A stretch of 64,000 nucleotides of DNA from Bugula neritina. Its lineage: Eukaryota; Animalia; Bryozoa. The position numbers and the translations under genes were made by a program. Of this stretch, positions 29,601 to 43,200 are shown one piece after another. Under the pieces are notes generated by a model, which was not told the origin of the DNA, did no database searches, and saw nothing but the letters and a program-made list of their open reading frames with translations. Within the stretch, counting starts at the first letter, position 1. Each line of letters starts with the position of its first letter. The DNA is taken from assembly GCA_964035545.1 (NCBI GenBank), contig OZ037772.1, positions 11,530,818 through 11,594,817 of the forward strand. The letters run 5' to 3'.

Positions 29601-32600
29601 TGGCAGCATTCTGACTGCTCCTTAGCTTTCTGCGCCTGAAATTTCTTCTACTTGCACCATTCTTCTATTGGTGGAATGTTAGCCTATAACAAACAGGTGT
29701 ACCAAAGCTAAAAAATATCTAATTCACTGCACTAGGATATTATTCAACTCATTTAAATTTAATATATAGCAGTAAAACAATCACATACTTGTATTTATTT
29801 TATCAGCTTTACTTTACAAAGCTGAACCATATGATTTAGTAACTTGTCACCATAATAAACATTGTACAACATACAAATTGAAAACCTGATGTGATTGCTT
29901 TTTTAATAGAATATACATTACAAACATGTTACTTTGATAAGCGTGTTCATAATAAAAGTATTAAACCAGTTTGAAAAAAATTATTTTGTTATGTAATGGA
30001 TCACAAAACTACATAATTTTAGACCTGTAGCTCGATGTTCTTCAAGCAACGGGCTGCTATGACTAATTAATTTTCTATCATTGCATTTGATTGTTCTACT
30101 CATAGTGTATTGGCGAGTTAAAATTATTGGTAATTTAATGTATATTTTAGCTACCTCTGTACAATCAATGTCATAGTAATATCAATTAGGTTTTAAATTT
30201 CACTGAGTTTATAGTAAATTATTGCAACTGTTACATAACATTTGGCTAGTTCTCTAGTTCATTAAATAACCATACGAACTTAATTTTATAACATGACAAA
30301 ACACACAAAGCAAAATTAAAATAAGCATATTATGAACCAATGTAATTGATAAGTGATAATGCTGTTGTAAAACATAAATTATCAAATTTAAATAGTTATT
30401 ATTACCATTTGTATTACTATCATTATAACAACTACAATCATTATTACTATTACTATTAGCATTAGTAGTAAAAAATGAGTAGAGTTCAACATATACAATC
30501 TGAATCTAGCGTACTATAAAAGTAGAAGTAGAACTTCTAAAACTATCATCTGCAACATTAACAGAACTATCACTATGACTATGAGTAATACTAGTAGTTG
30601 TACTAATAGTAATACTAATTATTAATACTAATAAACAATAGTAATAGTATCACTATGAGTATGAGACTTGGGCTGGCACTGATTATCACTATCAGCATCG
30701 TCATAGTAAAAAGTTACAAGAATTAGAAGCCATATTCATATTGATATTCTCATTGAGTTATGCATAGTCATATTCACAGTATTAGTCAATCACTGTTTGA
30801 GTTAATGTCATAGTGATACTCATACTCATAATTAATTTATACGATTACGACACTCATAGTGATAGTCATACTCATAGTCATAGTGATACTTCTTCGTGAA
30901 TTTAATATTATTATTATTATCATTGTTGCTAATATTATGTCTTACTCTTAGTCTAACAGCAGCTTTATGAAGAAGTTAAACATAACTGATAAAACAAGTT
31001 TAAAAAATAATACTGCAACAATCAATATATATATCAATATGCTAGCAACCTAATTTTCAGCTCACTTCATTAACTTTCCGTGCAGTATTGTGATAAAATT
31101 AATTTATTAATGGTGACCTTGACATCTTCGTCTAAATGCCTTTCACATCAAGCCCCGAACCAATTTGTAAAAATTTTGGATTTTTTACTTTTAAATATTT
31201 TTTACGAAAAGAGCTTCAAAATAAATTTAAAAAAAAGTGAGCTGTTGTCCACATGAAAGGAAATATATGAGCCAATTTTCTAAATTCTGGAAGTTACCAG
31301 AGGGTCACAATATTTTTTTTTTAAATCTTTATTTTCACGACAAGCTCTATATAATAATATAGAAAAAAAGAAGACAACTCTTCTTTCAGATTTTTCATGC
31401 GCCACGGTCACGTCAATATCAGTGCTATTAGCACATATATTTTAATTCATTTTTTCTGGTATATTGAGTTGAGATTTTTTTTATATATTTTGTGAATGTA
31501 ACTAAAAAAGTATGATCTTTCAATTAACAGTAATTGATTTTATCAAAATAACCTGGATGCCTACGATGTTTAAGAAACTTCTTATTTAGAATATAAAACA
31601 GGAACAGCTCCACTTAAAGACACAAGCAAGTGAACAGTATGAACAAGTGATGCGTTTACTAACCGTTACCATGGTGATGTGTTTACTAACCATTACTATG
31701 GTGATGACCTTCAGCCTCATTCTCGGCTAGGGTTTCTGTGTTTTCCACTTCTGTCTTGGCAGCAGAATGGTGTAACTTGTCACGACGAGTGAAAGTGTCA
31801 GCTACAGGAAGGAACAGATTATAGTAGGTCACGCTGACCTATATATATACTAGCATATGATATATGTAACTCTATACTCTGGTTTAACAATCGATCATAT
31901 ATAGTATATGCACAATATATATTTTATAGATGGTCAGATGAATTATAGATATACTGTGGAGTATAGATATATTATAGATCTTAACACTACAGAGAAATAA
32001 TGCTAACTCACTATCAAATAAATGAACATAGGACATGTATACACCATAAATAAATTTATGCATCACATTATTATTTATAACTATGTAAAGCAGCTGCACA
32101 TTATTAATTAAATGCATCAAAAACAACATAAAATTTTAAATATATAAACAAAATGTCAATAAAAATGGAATTGTATTTGGCTACTAAAATAAGTGCATTG
32201 AAAATCACTTCTCCAAAACATATACTAACCTCACATAGTGATTATTCAATTATATTTAATATCATATTTAATTTATCCAATTAATATAGTGAAATAGATT
32301 TATGCAAATATACAAGAATTTACTACAGCTTAGCGTGAGATTCTGAGAGATTTAGCATAGACAACTAACCGGGTATATTCTGCTGCTGAGACAGAGTAAC
32401 TCCTGCAGACGTCACAATGTCTTTTACATTGTCTCCTGCTGTTTCATTGATCGATTCAATAGATTTTGATTTTTGATTGGCTGCATTAGTGTGATCAGCT
32501 TTCTCATTGGCTAAGTCTTTTTTCTCTTTCTTAAACTGCAATGTGTCACCTGCATGGAGAGAGGAAAGAATTCAGAGCACTTCCTATGCGGAAACTTTAG

Positions 32601-35600
32601 AATAAATCTGTAGAACTTACAGACCACAACAATTGCACAACCATTTAACGAATAAAACCCAACTCAACAATTTCATTAAAAAGAACTCAGGCTAAATTTG
32701 AAATTTTTAAATTTTTCTAAATGTTAACTCAAGTTAAATTTTTTATGACATCATTATATGATTCCATAGGAAATTAGAGCACAGCAATAGCAAGTGAAAA
32801 GTAAACAGTGAAGCTTTCACACTTGTACTACCAATTTCATTCGTACATACTGCATGGTAAACGAGTGCAGCTGTGAGCTCACCTAAGCTGATGTTCACAG
32901 CTGATAGACTTTGAGCAGGTTTAGAAGACGGGTGGGTATCAAAGACAACCTTAGTGTCCAGTCGTATGGCTTCAGATTGTTGAGCAAAAAAGTTTGATTT
33001 GCGTCTGTTAATTTCCTGTAAGGAGGAAGACCTGAAACACAACAGATGAGTGTGATGTCATCACTATATGAGCGGATATTGTGATGTCATCACTATATGA
33101 GTGGCATACACAACATTATACAAACTTTTGAACAATGACTATGACACATTTATTAATATACGAACAAATGTGGCATAATTGGTTTGAAATTCACAGAAAC
33201 TTTTTGTGCTGACATCATCACTTACTGTGAGGTGACATCATCACTTACTGTGAGGTGACATCATCACTTACTGTGAGGTGACATCATCACTTACTGTGTG
33301 GTGACATCATCACTTACTGTGTGGTGACATCATCACTTACTGTGTGGTGACATCATAACTTACTGTGAGGTAGCCGTAAGTGCTGCTGTAGAAGGAGGTT
33401 TATCAATCGGCTTAATATGATTGGACGAAGTGCTGCTAATATTGAGGGGCTGTTTCAGAATAGAGACAGGTTTGCTGGGAGGGACTTTTTCATTTCTTAA
33501 ATAGACATAACAAAGGTAAGTTACTATGCGGGTGTAAGTAATACAGGTGTAGGTAATACAGGTGTAAGTAACACAGGTGTAAGTAACACAGGTGTAGGGT
33601 ACTCTGCAGAAGATAATGTTTTTGCAAAAAGGTGCCAATAACAAAAAGAAATGTGAGCAATTTAGCACTAAGCAACAATACTGATGGGCATTGACACACT
33701 AAGAAGTGGACACAACAAAATACTTAGAGTGAAAGTTCAAACTTCTCGGCAATAGTTTTATCATCCTTAGTTCTAGTAGTTATAGTGGTGGTAGCACCTG
33801 TGTAAGATAGTAAGGTAGTATTGATAGCGGTACACTTACGCCGCAGGTAAAGCTGAACTGGTGGTAGTAGTGAGAAGGTGGAGAGACTGAGGAGGGGTGG
33901 ACGACCTGCTATGACTCAGCCTCTGATGTGCCAAGTCAGCTGATGAGCTCGTTGCTGTGGTTACAGAGGTGAACGTGCTCCCAGAAGACTAAAACCGAGA
34001 AAATAGCGATCGATTTTCCTAACCTACACCCTGTTCAACAGTTAAACTAACATGCCAGATGGAACAATCATAAGCTTGTGATTTGCTAGTTACATTGGAA
34101 GTCTTTCTGTGAAGTCGTTGCCTCTGTCGCCATGACGACTCGTCAAGCACATCGTCTACAGAAGGAATTATCTCCTCCTCATCGTCTCCTTCGTCAACCT
34201 CCATATCCGAGTCAGATTCAGAGTCTGACTCTCCTTGCCAAGTGTCCTGACAAGTAAATACAGGTGTGATGTGAAGACGTCAAGCAAATGATATGAAGAA
34301 GTCAAGTATTAGAGAGTGCCGAATGTGTATTATGCAGATATCAAGAATGAAATATAAAGATATGAAAAGGTGTAGTATGAGATATCAAGTGTTCAAGGAT
34401 GTGATATGAAGAGATCAAGCATGAGATACGAAGAGGTCAATATGACAAGGGATGAGAGGGTCTAACAGGACGAACCTGCTACAGCGAGTCAGGCACATCA
34501 TACTAAGTGAAAGCCAACAGCAAATTGAAGTAAAACACATGGCATACGTTGTGTGATGCAAGAAGAAACATTCATACGCTTCCATTATGGCTTCCAATAC
34601 TACTGTATTGAGTGAAACCAGCTATTTAAACAATCAATATAACACAATACAACTGTAAATATTTACCACAATATAGTATCAAATGAACACAAATATAGAA
34701 AGAGAGTAAACATAGATTAGAGATTTCATAACAAACACTTACTGCATAGGAAATCTACACCTGTCTGGGTAAAAGTAAGATGTATTAAATTACATGAGTG
34801 TAGGTAACAGAGCTACATATACTATACAATACCTGCTCTGCTGTAGGTGACAGAGCTACATATACTATACAGTACCTGCTATGCTGTAGGTAACAGAGCT
34901 ACATATATACTATACAGTACCTGCTCTGCTGTAGGTGACAGAGCTACATATACTATACAGTACCTGCTCTGCTGTAGGTGACAGAGTGCCGAGATTGTGT
35001 TGGGTCTGCAGCTCTTCTGTTTCCTCTTCAGCCAAGTCTACGGAGTTCTCAAACTCAATCCTTTCATACATGGGGCGTGTCTTCTGCTACAAGAAATTAG
35101 CATTGAATAGTAACAGCAGGGGCTAGCAGGTGCTCTGTTTAACATGACGTATGGTATTATCATTAAATACAGTCGCCTTGAAGTAATAAATGCTGAAACA
35201 ATAAATTCAAATAATACACATTTTATTTATCGGATGACAGCATTGAAAAGAGAAATAAAAAAAGTGCTATTATGTTTAGTTTATGAGACAAACTGGTACG
35301 AAACTGCAAGAAGCTATTGACAGTTACCAGAATACAAAGGAATATTCAGGGTAATTCATCAATAGCATCAATCAACAAGATCAACTAATAAAATCAATCA
35401 ATAAGTAACATCAATTAATAAAATCAATCAATATGATCAATCAATACGATCAACTAATAAATGTAAGAGCCTTTATCAAAGAACTACCAACCACACTATT
35501 ATATATAACACCACATAATCAAACAAGTCAAGTAAAACCTGAAGAGAGAAATGTCTCACCTGGCCATCAGCTGCTCTACCTCCCACATCATCACTCATTA

Positions 35601-37213
35601 TACTAGACGAGGGTCTGCTGTCAGGAAGGTCACTGAGTCGTTTGGCAGTGGCAGCACTCCTCTCCCTGCCCACGTGCTGGTCACAGTAGAACCGCGCGTG
35701 ACCGAGTGAGGTGCGGTGAATGGTGTAGCTGCCAATGTGTAGCGGGATATCACAGAAGTAACACCTGGAGAGATATTCAACAGGTACACTAACTGAGTAA
35801 GTCAAGTAATGTTTCAGACTTGAGCAGTAGAGACCCAAGTTGCACTCAAGTTGCACTCAAGTGCGAAGAGAGATTCAACATGTATGTCTACTGAGTATAC
35901 CAGGCAAGGTATTGGACTGTATTCAAATAGTGTTAATGTAGACATTCAAGTAACTCTAGTCTGAAACTTAAAGTAGATATCCACTGGCGTAGACTTGGTT
36001 CCCAATCAACTCTTGCTAAGTTTAATAACCTTTTAGACTAAACTAGTATTTATATTCTGGAAGGCTGTAGTCCCTCATACTATTCCATACACGAGGTTGT
36101 GTGGCAAACAGATGCATGAGGTACAAGATTTAATAGAAGCAAAAAAAATGTGGTACTGGCAATGATTCAAAACATATAAGCTAGGTTCTAGAGATAGCAC
36201 AGGTTCCTAACCTGAAACAGAGACGGTGGAAGTACTTGCCCTCCGCACTTTGTCTCTCTACCAGGTAAATCCTCTTCTTGCAGAAGTAGCAAATCTCATT
36301 GGGGTTGGGCTCTCTGTTGAGTAGAGCATTCAGACTACTGGTATTGTCACTGTCCGGATTCTTAGGCTTTCTCTGTACAACAGGGGAAGGCTCGGGGGTG
36401 GCCTACAATAAACACAGCTAATCAGCACATAGAACTAAGACTATTTAGTACTTCTGTAGGCCCAAGTTTATATTGTATCAGCATACGGACATGTGTTTCT
36501 TGTATGAAATCCTTATAATAATGCTTCAATGCTTCTCATTGGGCAAGTTCTCCCAGTCAAGTATATAAGTCAGCAAAGCAGTGACAAGAAAGCACGGAGA
36601 GGAAATATAACTAAGGTAATAGGCCTAAGGCTATTTAATAATGACGTTAGAGTGGGACGGGGAAGTTATGCCCCACCTGCTCAAACATTGATGTGAAGCC
36701 ACTGACGAGGTTTGCCCCCCTCTTCCCAGGGTTGGTGTTACCGATGTTTCCCGGCTCCATTTTCTTAGACAGCTGCTGGAATTTCTCATCAAATTTTTCT
36801 ATCTTCTCGTATTTACCAGCCACCCAATCACCTGGCGGAAGGAGGACCAATCATATGGTGAATAGCAAGCCAGTTGACCAATTAGGTTGCAGATGTCACA
36901 AAACAGAGATATTTATGGGTCTACTTTTAGATCAGGCAACAAGACATCTCACCCACTGAGTTGTTAGATTTCATGAGCAGTGAATGGAATAATTACAGAG
37001 CAGTACAATTTTAAAATAGAGAAACCTGTCACGTAATAATCATTGGTGAGTCAGCATTGGGTAGCTGAATATAATTATGAAAAACAGACAACTCCAAATC
37101 ATGTTCTGAGAATAAAAAAATAATCAAAACTGGCTATTATATTGGTTATCTATGCAAGCTCCGGCAACCGGAAGTGTTTGACTAAAACTCTTCTAGGTTT
37201 TCCCATCATAGCA

Positions 37214-37286
<73 letters not shown>

Positions 37287-40200
37287 TATATATATATATT
37301 TATCATACTATAATACTATAACACATCCCATGCTGTTGAGGCATTTTAGCAACACGAATTACTCTATTTCTACGCCAGACACCCGTACGACTATCACCGA
37401 CAAGTAATCTGCAAATACTGTTCAGTACCGGAGAAGGAATAGGAGATGGAACATGGTCAACAGAGAAAAGTATAATTAAGTTACTAGCAAACAGGAAGTG
37501 AATGAATGTATTACAATTACAGAGTAAAACATCAAACTGAAGGTTTAAATAGAGTAAAAACAGAACTGTGGCTCTTTAGATAAACTTGTGACGCATTCAA
37601 TTTAGATACCAGCTGGTCTCTTGGAGTCAGAAAGAGTGTGTTAATTCACAATGACTAAAACTTATATTCTAAACAATCATGTGTAATGTAGTGAGAGAAG
37701 ATGAAAACATGACAATACAGTAGTTTATTAGTTTATTGACAAATCTTATAACTTGATTTAGAATGGAATTATTTTAGTCCCAAATTGTAGGAAAAATGTT
37801 TATTGACTCAATATTTCATGTAACTTTGCAACAGGTCAAATTAGTGACTTCAATTTAAAAGTATCACCATCAAGGTTTAAATATCTTGAATTTTTTTGCT
37901 TTCAAGTTTTAAAAAGAATGTTATCACGTGTAAGTTGCGCCAGTGTATCCAGTGGTCAGTTCATCTGAGTAGCCACAGCTCTGTTCTGAGAGACAGACAG
38001 ACAGACGGAAGAATGGAGAAGGAAGAGGAAGTTAGAGGGAGAATAGCATGTCCCAGAGTCCTATAGGAGAGAGTGAGAGCGACGTAGGAATATTAGACAA
38101 TGGAAGGAAACTGGAGTAGTGAGTACAGGGCAGTTATCAACATGATGACCTTTGAACTTTGAATTGAATTTACAGTTTAAAGAAAAGTATAAAGATATTG
38201 TGAATGAATGGCAGCACATTGATGCTGAATTACAGGATGTATTTCTTTACCTTGTATCCAGGAATCTGAATATGAAATACATAAAAGACAACACAAGTGT
38301 ACAACAAACTGCGGTGGTAAACACACAGGAACACAGTAATAGAATCACACTTGAGTAAAAGAGTCACAATAACTAACTTTGATAGAACTACTAGTCACAC
38401 AAACTATTCAAGAACTCACTATATCAAAGTTTGGCATGGGATAAAAAACATCAATATCAAACTATTCTAGACAGATGTGTGACAGGAAGAGGATACTAGA
38501 GGCAGCAAGAGTTACGGCAGCGAGCCACTCACCTTTGGTCTTCTTCTTTGGCACCGGCTGAATTGACTTCTGCTGCCGTTTTGTTTTCAGACTGAACGCG
38601 TCTCTTATCTCCCGCATCCGAGAGCGCACGTTGTCATTGCCAGGCGCCTTCTGCTCCTGTGTATGGATAGTACTTGTAGTGAGAACTAAACTAGTAACTT
38701 TAGTAACACAACCTGACAATACATTCCACTTCGTAAAAAAGAAAATGGTATTTAGAGATTAACTTGTGTACAGCACTTAAACATATGTAGAGAATTTTCA
38801 AAGAATAAAAAACAATTACAGGTCTTTTCTTCTCAAAAATGCTTTTAACTTCACACAGACTTCTAAATGCACAGCAATATACGGATATAACTTATTCTAA
38901 ACTTTCGGCACCTAAATTTTCACAACTACAGGACTTACATAGTCTAAACTCTAGAATATCGCAAGAAAGATGTTACCTTTTTAAAGTACATAAAAGAAGA
39001 CAACTACCTTTTTACTCTCTTTCTTATCAGTTTTGTTATTCTTGAAGACATCGAAAGCCTCAGCCCCCAGTTTACCCTGCGCTTCCTGTTTCTCAGACGG
39101 GGCCTGTTTGGGAGACGCCGAATCTGGCTGAAACTTACGAGAATGTTTCGGCAACTTCCTTCCTGTAGGAGTCTGCGGAGAAAGGAGATGTGTGGGGGAC
39201 TTGGAACCACCTACAAAAGACCCCACAAATCATAACGATACGCTCATATTACATATAGTTTGTTAAAGACTATAACAAACAGCAGTTGGTCAAAGTCTAT
39301 AAATATATTTTATTATGTTATTTACTTTGGAGCATAACTGCTCAACGCCAGAAAATAAAAGCCTATAACAATGCTTCTCTCTCCAGAGTTTGTGCACCCG
39401 AGTCTTAGCTTTGTCAGCAAGTATTTCAACTACCCCTCCCCAGCCTCCTCAAAACCCTTCAACGTAATACATGTCATCAGCATGCATGTTAGAGATACAT
39501 ATTCGCTTTTTTGTGAAGAGTAGACAAATACCCATGGGTGAAATTTCCACCTCTTCTGAACTTTGGGGTGTGTCCTTTTATATAATATTAGTCACCAAAA
39601 AGCACAATATAATATGTTAATGTAACTACCTGAAGACTTGTATATAATATCAGTAACCAAAGAGTATAATACAATACAAGTACCCGGAGACTTGGCATCA
39701 CCATCTTTGCTGCCCGGTCTGTTCCTGGGAGACTTGTGACCAGACGAGGACTTCCTTCGGCGTGAAGTTTTACTTCCAGACCCTGCAGAGCGACAACAGT
39801 ATAACAAAATGGCAAACAGGAAACAGAAATAGCCAATCGCAGTACCATCTCATAGCGCATCGTATACACAAGGGAAATGATCAGCGAAATGAATCACTAA
39901 TAAATCATTAGTCATCTGATCAACAAGCACATTGAATTGTGAAGGTCATTTAAAGGTCAAGGTCGTAGCTCCTACCTGACAAACTATCCTCATCTACCTC
40001 TGAACACAAGACACATTATGATGAGACAACTCCGATTGTGGAAACCAGAGACAAGATGCAGTTGAACTTTTCAACAACAAAACAAAGCAAGAAAGTGGAT
40101 TCAGTCAGTTTGAGAGAGAAGAGAAGAGCTTATTGCACTCACCTATTATCTTTCCTAGTTTCCTTAGTGAAGAGATCTTTGCTACAGAAGGACTGACCGA

Positions 40201-43200
40201 AGATTTTGATTTATGAGGAAAAAGGAGCTCGGGAGCAGCTGCATAGAAAAGAGACAGTTTATGATTGGACAAAGAGATGTAACATTGCGCCCTATTGGAT
40301 AATCATATTCATATACATTTCTCATAATGCAATACACAACACTTAGTTAGGAAAAAAGCATTTGAAATGTAAAGAATTTGGATAATTTAATCCACACATG
40401 GTATTTTATTGGATAACAGACTGTTATCTCTCTTCTCATTGGCCATTTCTACTCACCCCCTGCTGGATGTTTATCTCTGAGAGATGAGTAGAACTGGGAG
40501 ATGTAGGACACCATGAAGAGACTGTCTGGTACCTCACTGGAGATGATGTCCTCTGGTGACAGCATTGGAAGGATATCTGTTGGAGTATATATGTACACAT
40601 ACAGTATAGAGACACATACATGTATATGGACAGCTGAGGAATATTCATTATGTGTATGCATGCTCTAATTACTCTCCAATGATTTGTATATCTGCAACCA
40701 GCTAGGAGAACTTTTATGTCAGAGAGAGGCTCTTTTTAGGAGATAAAACTTTATACAAATTAACAATTACTTATACATAACTATTATACATAAATAATTA
40801 TATAATTGTATAATAATCCTTTATTTATTTTAATTATATATAAACATAATAATACCTTCTATATACTTTTATAAATTGAAGAAAGTCAGGAAATAACAAG
40901 TGTATAATAAAAGTAGACACTACAAACATAAATTTACATGTACATGTGTACAATCTTTCCTAACATGGCATATAATAGTAATAGGATATATAATGTTAAT
41001 ACAGTATATAATAGTACTATAATACTACATATAAATGTATCTGTATACTTACGCCATTTTGTCTCCGCTGTGTTGAAAGCATTGGTCAGCCTCTCCATGT
41101 CACTCAACTCTTCTAGAGTATCCACATTGACCTCTTCAGGAGAGTAGAGATGCAGGAGTAAACAGAATAGTCGGCCGTCTTTCCAGCTTACGGAGAGATC
41201 GCTGACCTCACGTCGCAACTACAACAAAACAGCAAAACAACTGCATCGGCAAGACAATTACAGTCCATATGAATAAATTATGTTGCATGAAATACTGAAG
41301 AATAAATACATTTTCATGATAATATTTTGTGTGCATTTATTATATTATATTTATGTTAAAGACAGAAAAATTCATCTAATAAAATATCATGGAAGGCAAC
41401 ATAACTCTGACAGATTTCCTGTTGACTATACAATGCACAGGTACTCCATTCAAATTACTAATTATTTCTGGAAAACTCTATTTAACTGACCAAAACTATA
41501 CATGTAAGAAGCAAATCCAAACTTAAGATAAGGAGTTGCGTTATGAACAAAGCTAGAGTGGTGAGCAAAGAAAACATCATGGCAACTGCTAGACAACTTT
41601 ACACTAGCTGGTAGAAGACAAGACAGCAAACTGAGTACAAAGTGACGAAACACGTACGTGGGAGGGAAGTAAAGCCAGCTTCCTGTTACACCACCGCAGT
41701 AGTCGGCCCTGGTCCACCATGATGTCGTACGTTCTTGCTCTCTTTGCCGGAATCTCAACAGGTTCAAGGTCATCTATGTTAATAATTTCTGTCGTATCGT
41801 AGAGTTGTCTGACTTGTATACATTTGAGTGCTTGAGTATTACAGTGTTTATACCTGCATAGATAATACGTTAGATGGGAATATATAATACCATATCTACC
41901 ACAGTGCTTGTACTTGCATATATAATATAATGTTGAAAGTCTATGAGTTAGAACTAACCTAGTGATAGGGTTGATAGTGTATGAGTTGAAGCTCTTGGAT
42001 AAAGACTCGGGCGTAGTCTGAGAAAGCAGCATGTAAACACTCTCCCTCTCTGCCAGTACCTGCAGAGGACTCATCGAGCCTGACGCCCACGACTTCACCG
42101 CCCAGGCAGCGTCAAAACTTCCGAGGAAACCTCGAGCACATCCACTACCTAAACGGCACAGGGAGATTGAAAAGCAGACAACTCTAAGACTTCAGAGTAA
42201 CCAATAGAAACAAAGGGCAATTATATCATCTATGTATCTAAGAAAAGCTGAGAGGAGAATTGAAATAATAAAACTTATTTAATAAGCGAATTTCTCAATT
42301 ACTAATTGAAACTATCATGTCGTTTGCTTTGCTTGAATAGTTGCTAGAAGCTTTTTTCAACTTGGCAGGTAAAAAAAATTCAAAACCAATTTGACAATAA
42401 CCTACTTATTTTCAGAATGTGTACTAGTATTATACATACAACATGTTGTACGCTGAGTGATATAGCACACATACAATACTATACACACAACAGAGTAGTA
42501 TAATGAGTGAACATACCGGTGGGCCAGAAGGGCTCCAGCAGACTGTCTCCTACGATATTAATCAGCAACTTCCTGCCGTACCGCTCCATGGCTCGACTCG
42601 AGTTCTCCGCAGCGAATAGAGAGGTAAAGTCAAACATCGCTATATCAGGCTAGAAACAAACATAAGTTGTACATACTTCATCTAGAACTGAGGCTATACG
42701 TACTGCATCTAGAACTGAGGCTACAAGTAACTGCATTCAGTAGACTTACTGCAGGCTAAAGGTAAATTAATAAATAGGAGTTACCTGTCCAAAGTGATTG
42801 TGAGCAAATTCCAAGTTAGGCAGCTTGTGATTGGTGGAAACATCGGCGGCCTCTCTAGCGTAGTTCTGCAGTGCTTGCTGGTCCACATTATCTCGGGAGA
42901 GCAGCCTGCAAGTACAAGTGTGCCGCTACAATACTACTTCTACATAACATTATGTAGAAATGTGCTGTCATAATACTAAAGCTATAAAGTGTACTAATAA
43001 CAGCGGAGTGTTACATTACAGTACTTTAGCTACACACAATAAATTCAGGGGTAATATAATAGAATACGACATGAGCAGTAAGCCCTCCCATATCCTATAT
43101 ATCCTCCCTGAGCATATCTACACTTACCACCACTCACACACAAGTTTATATCGGCACCCGCCAGTACATTTACTACTATAGTAAACACCACCCAGTGCAA

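Larger units (their letters stand above)
26270..31569. mobile_element. Kolobok-superfamily DNA transposon (decayed), 5.3 kb, inside a MICAL intron
   Basis: TTAA at 26266-26269 and 31570-31573 flank imperfect terminal inverted repeats: left AGGCCGTAAGCATCCAGGTTATTT, right reverse complement ACATCGTAGGCATCCAGGTTATTT (20/24 identical). There is an internal KolX-like pseudogene. TTAA target duplication, AG-starting termini and KolX together are characteristic of Kolobok. Confidence 0.8.

Noticed and set aside
26270-31569. piggyBac assignment for the TTAA-flanked element
   Set aside because: The termini start with AG/AC rather than the CC(C/Y) typical of piggyBac, and the internal KolX-like gene points to Kolobok.
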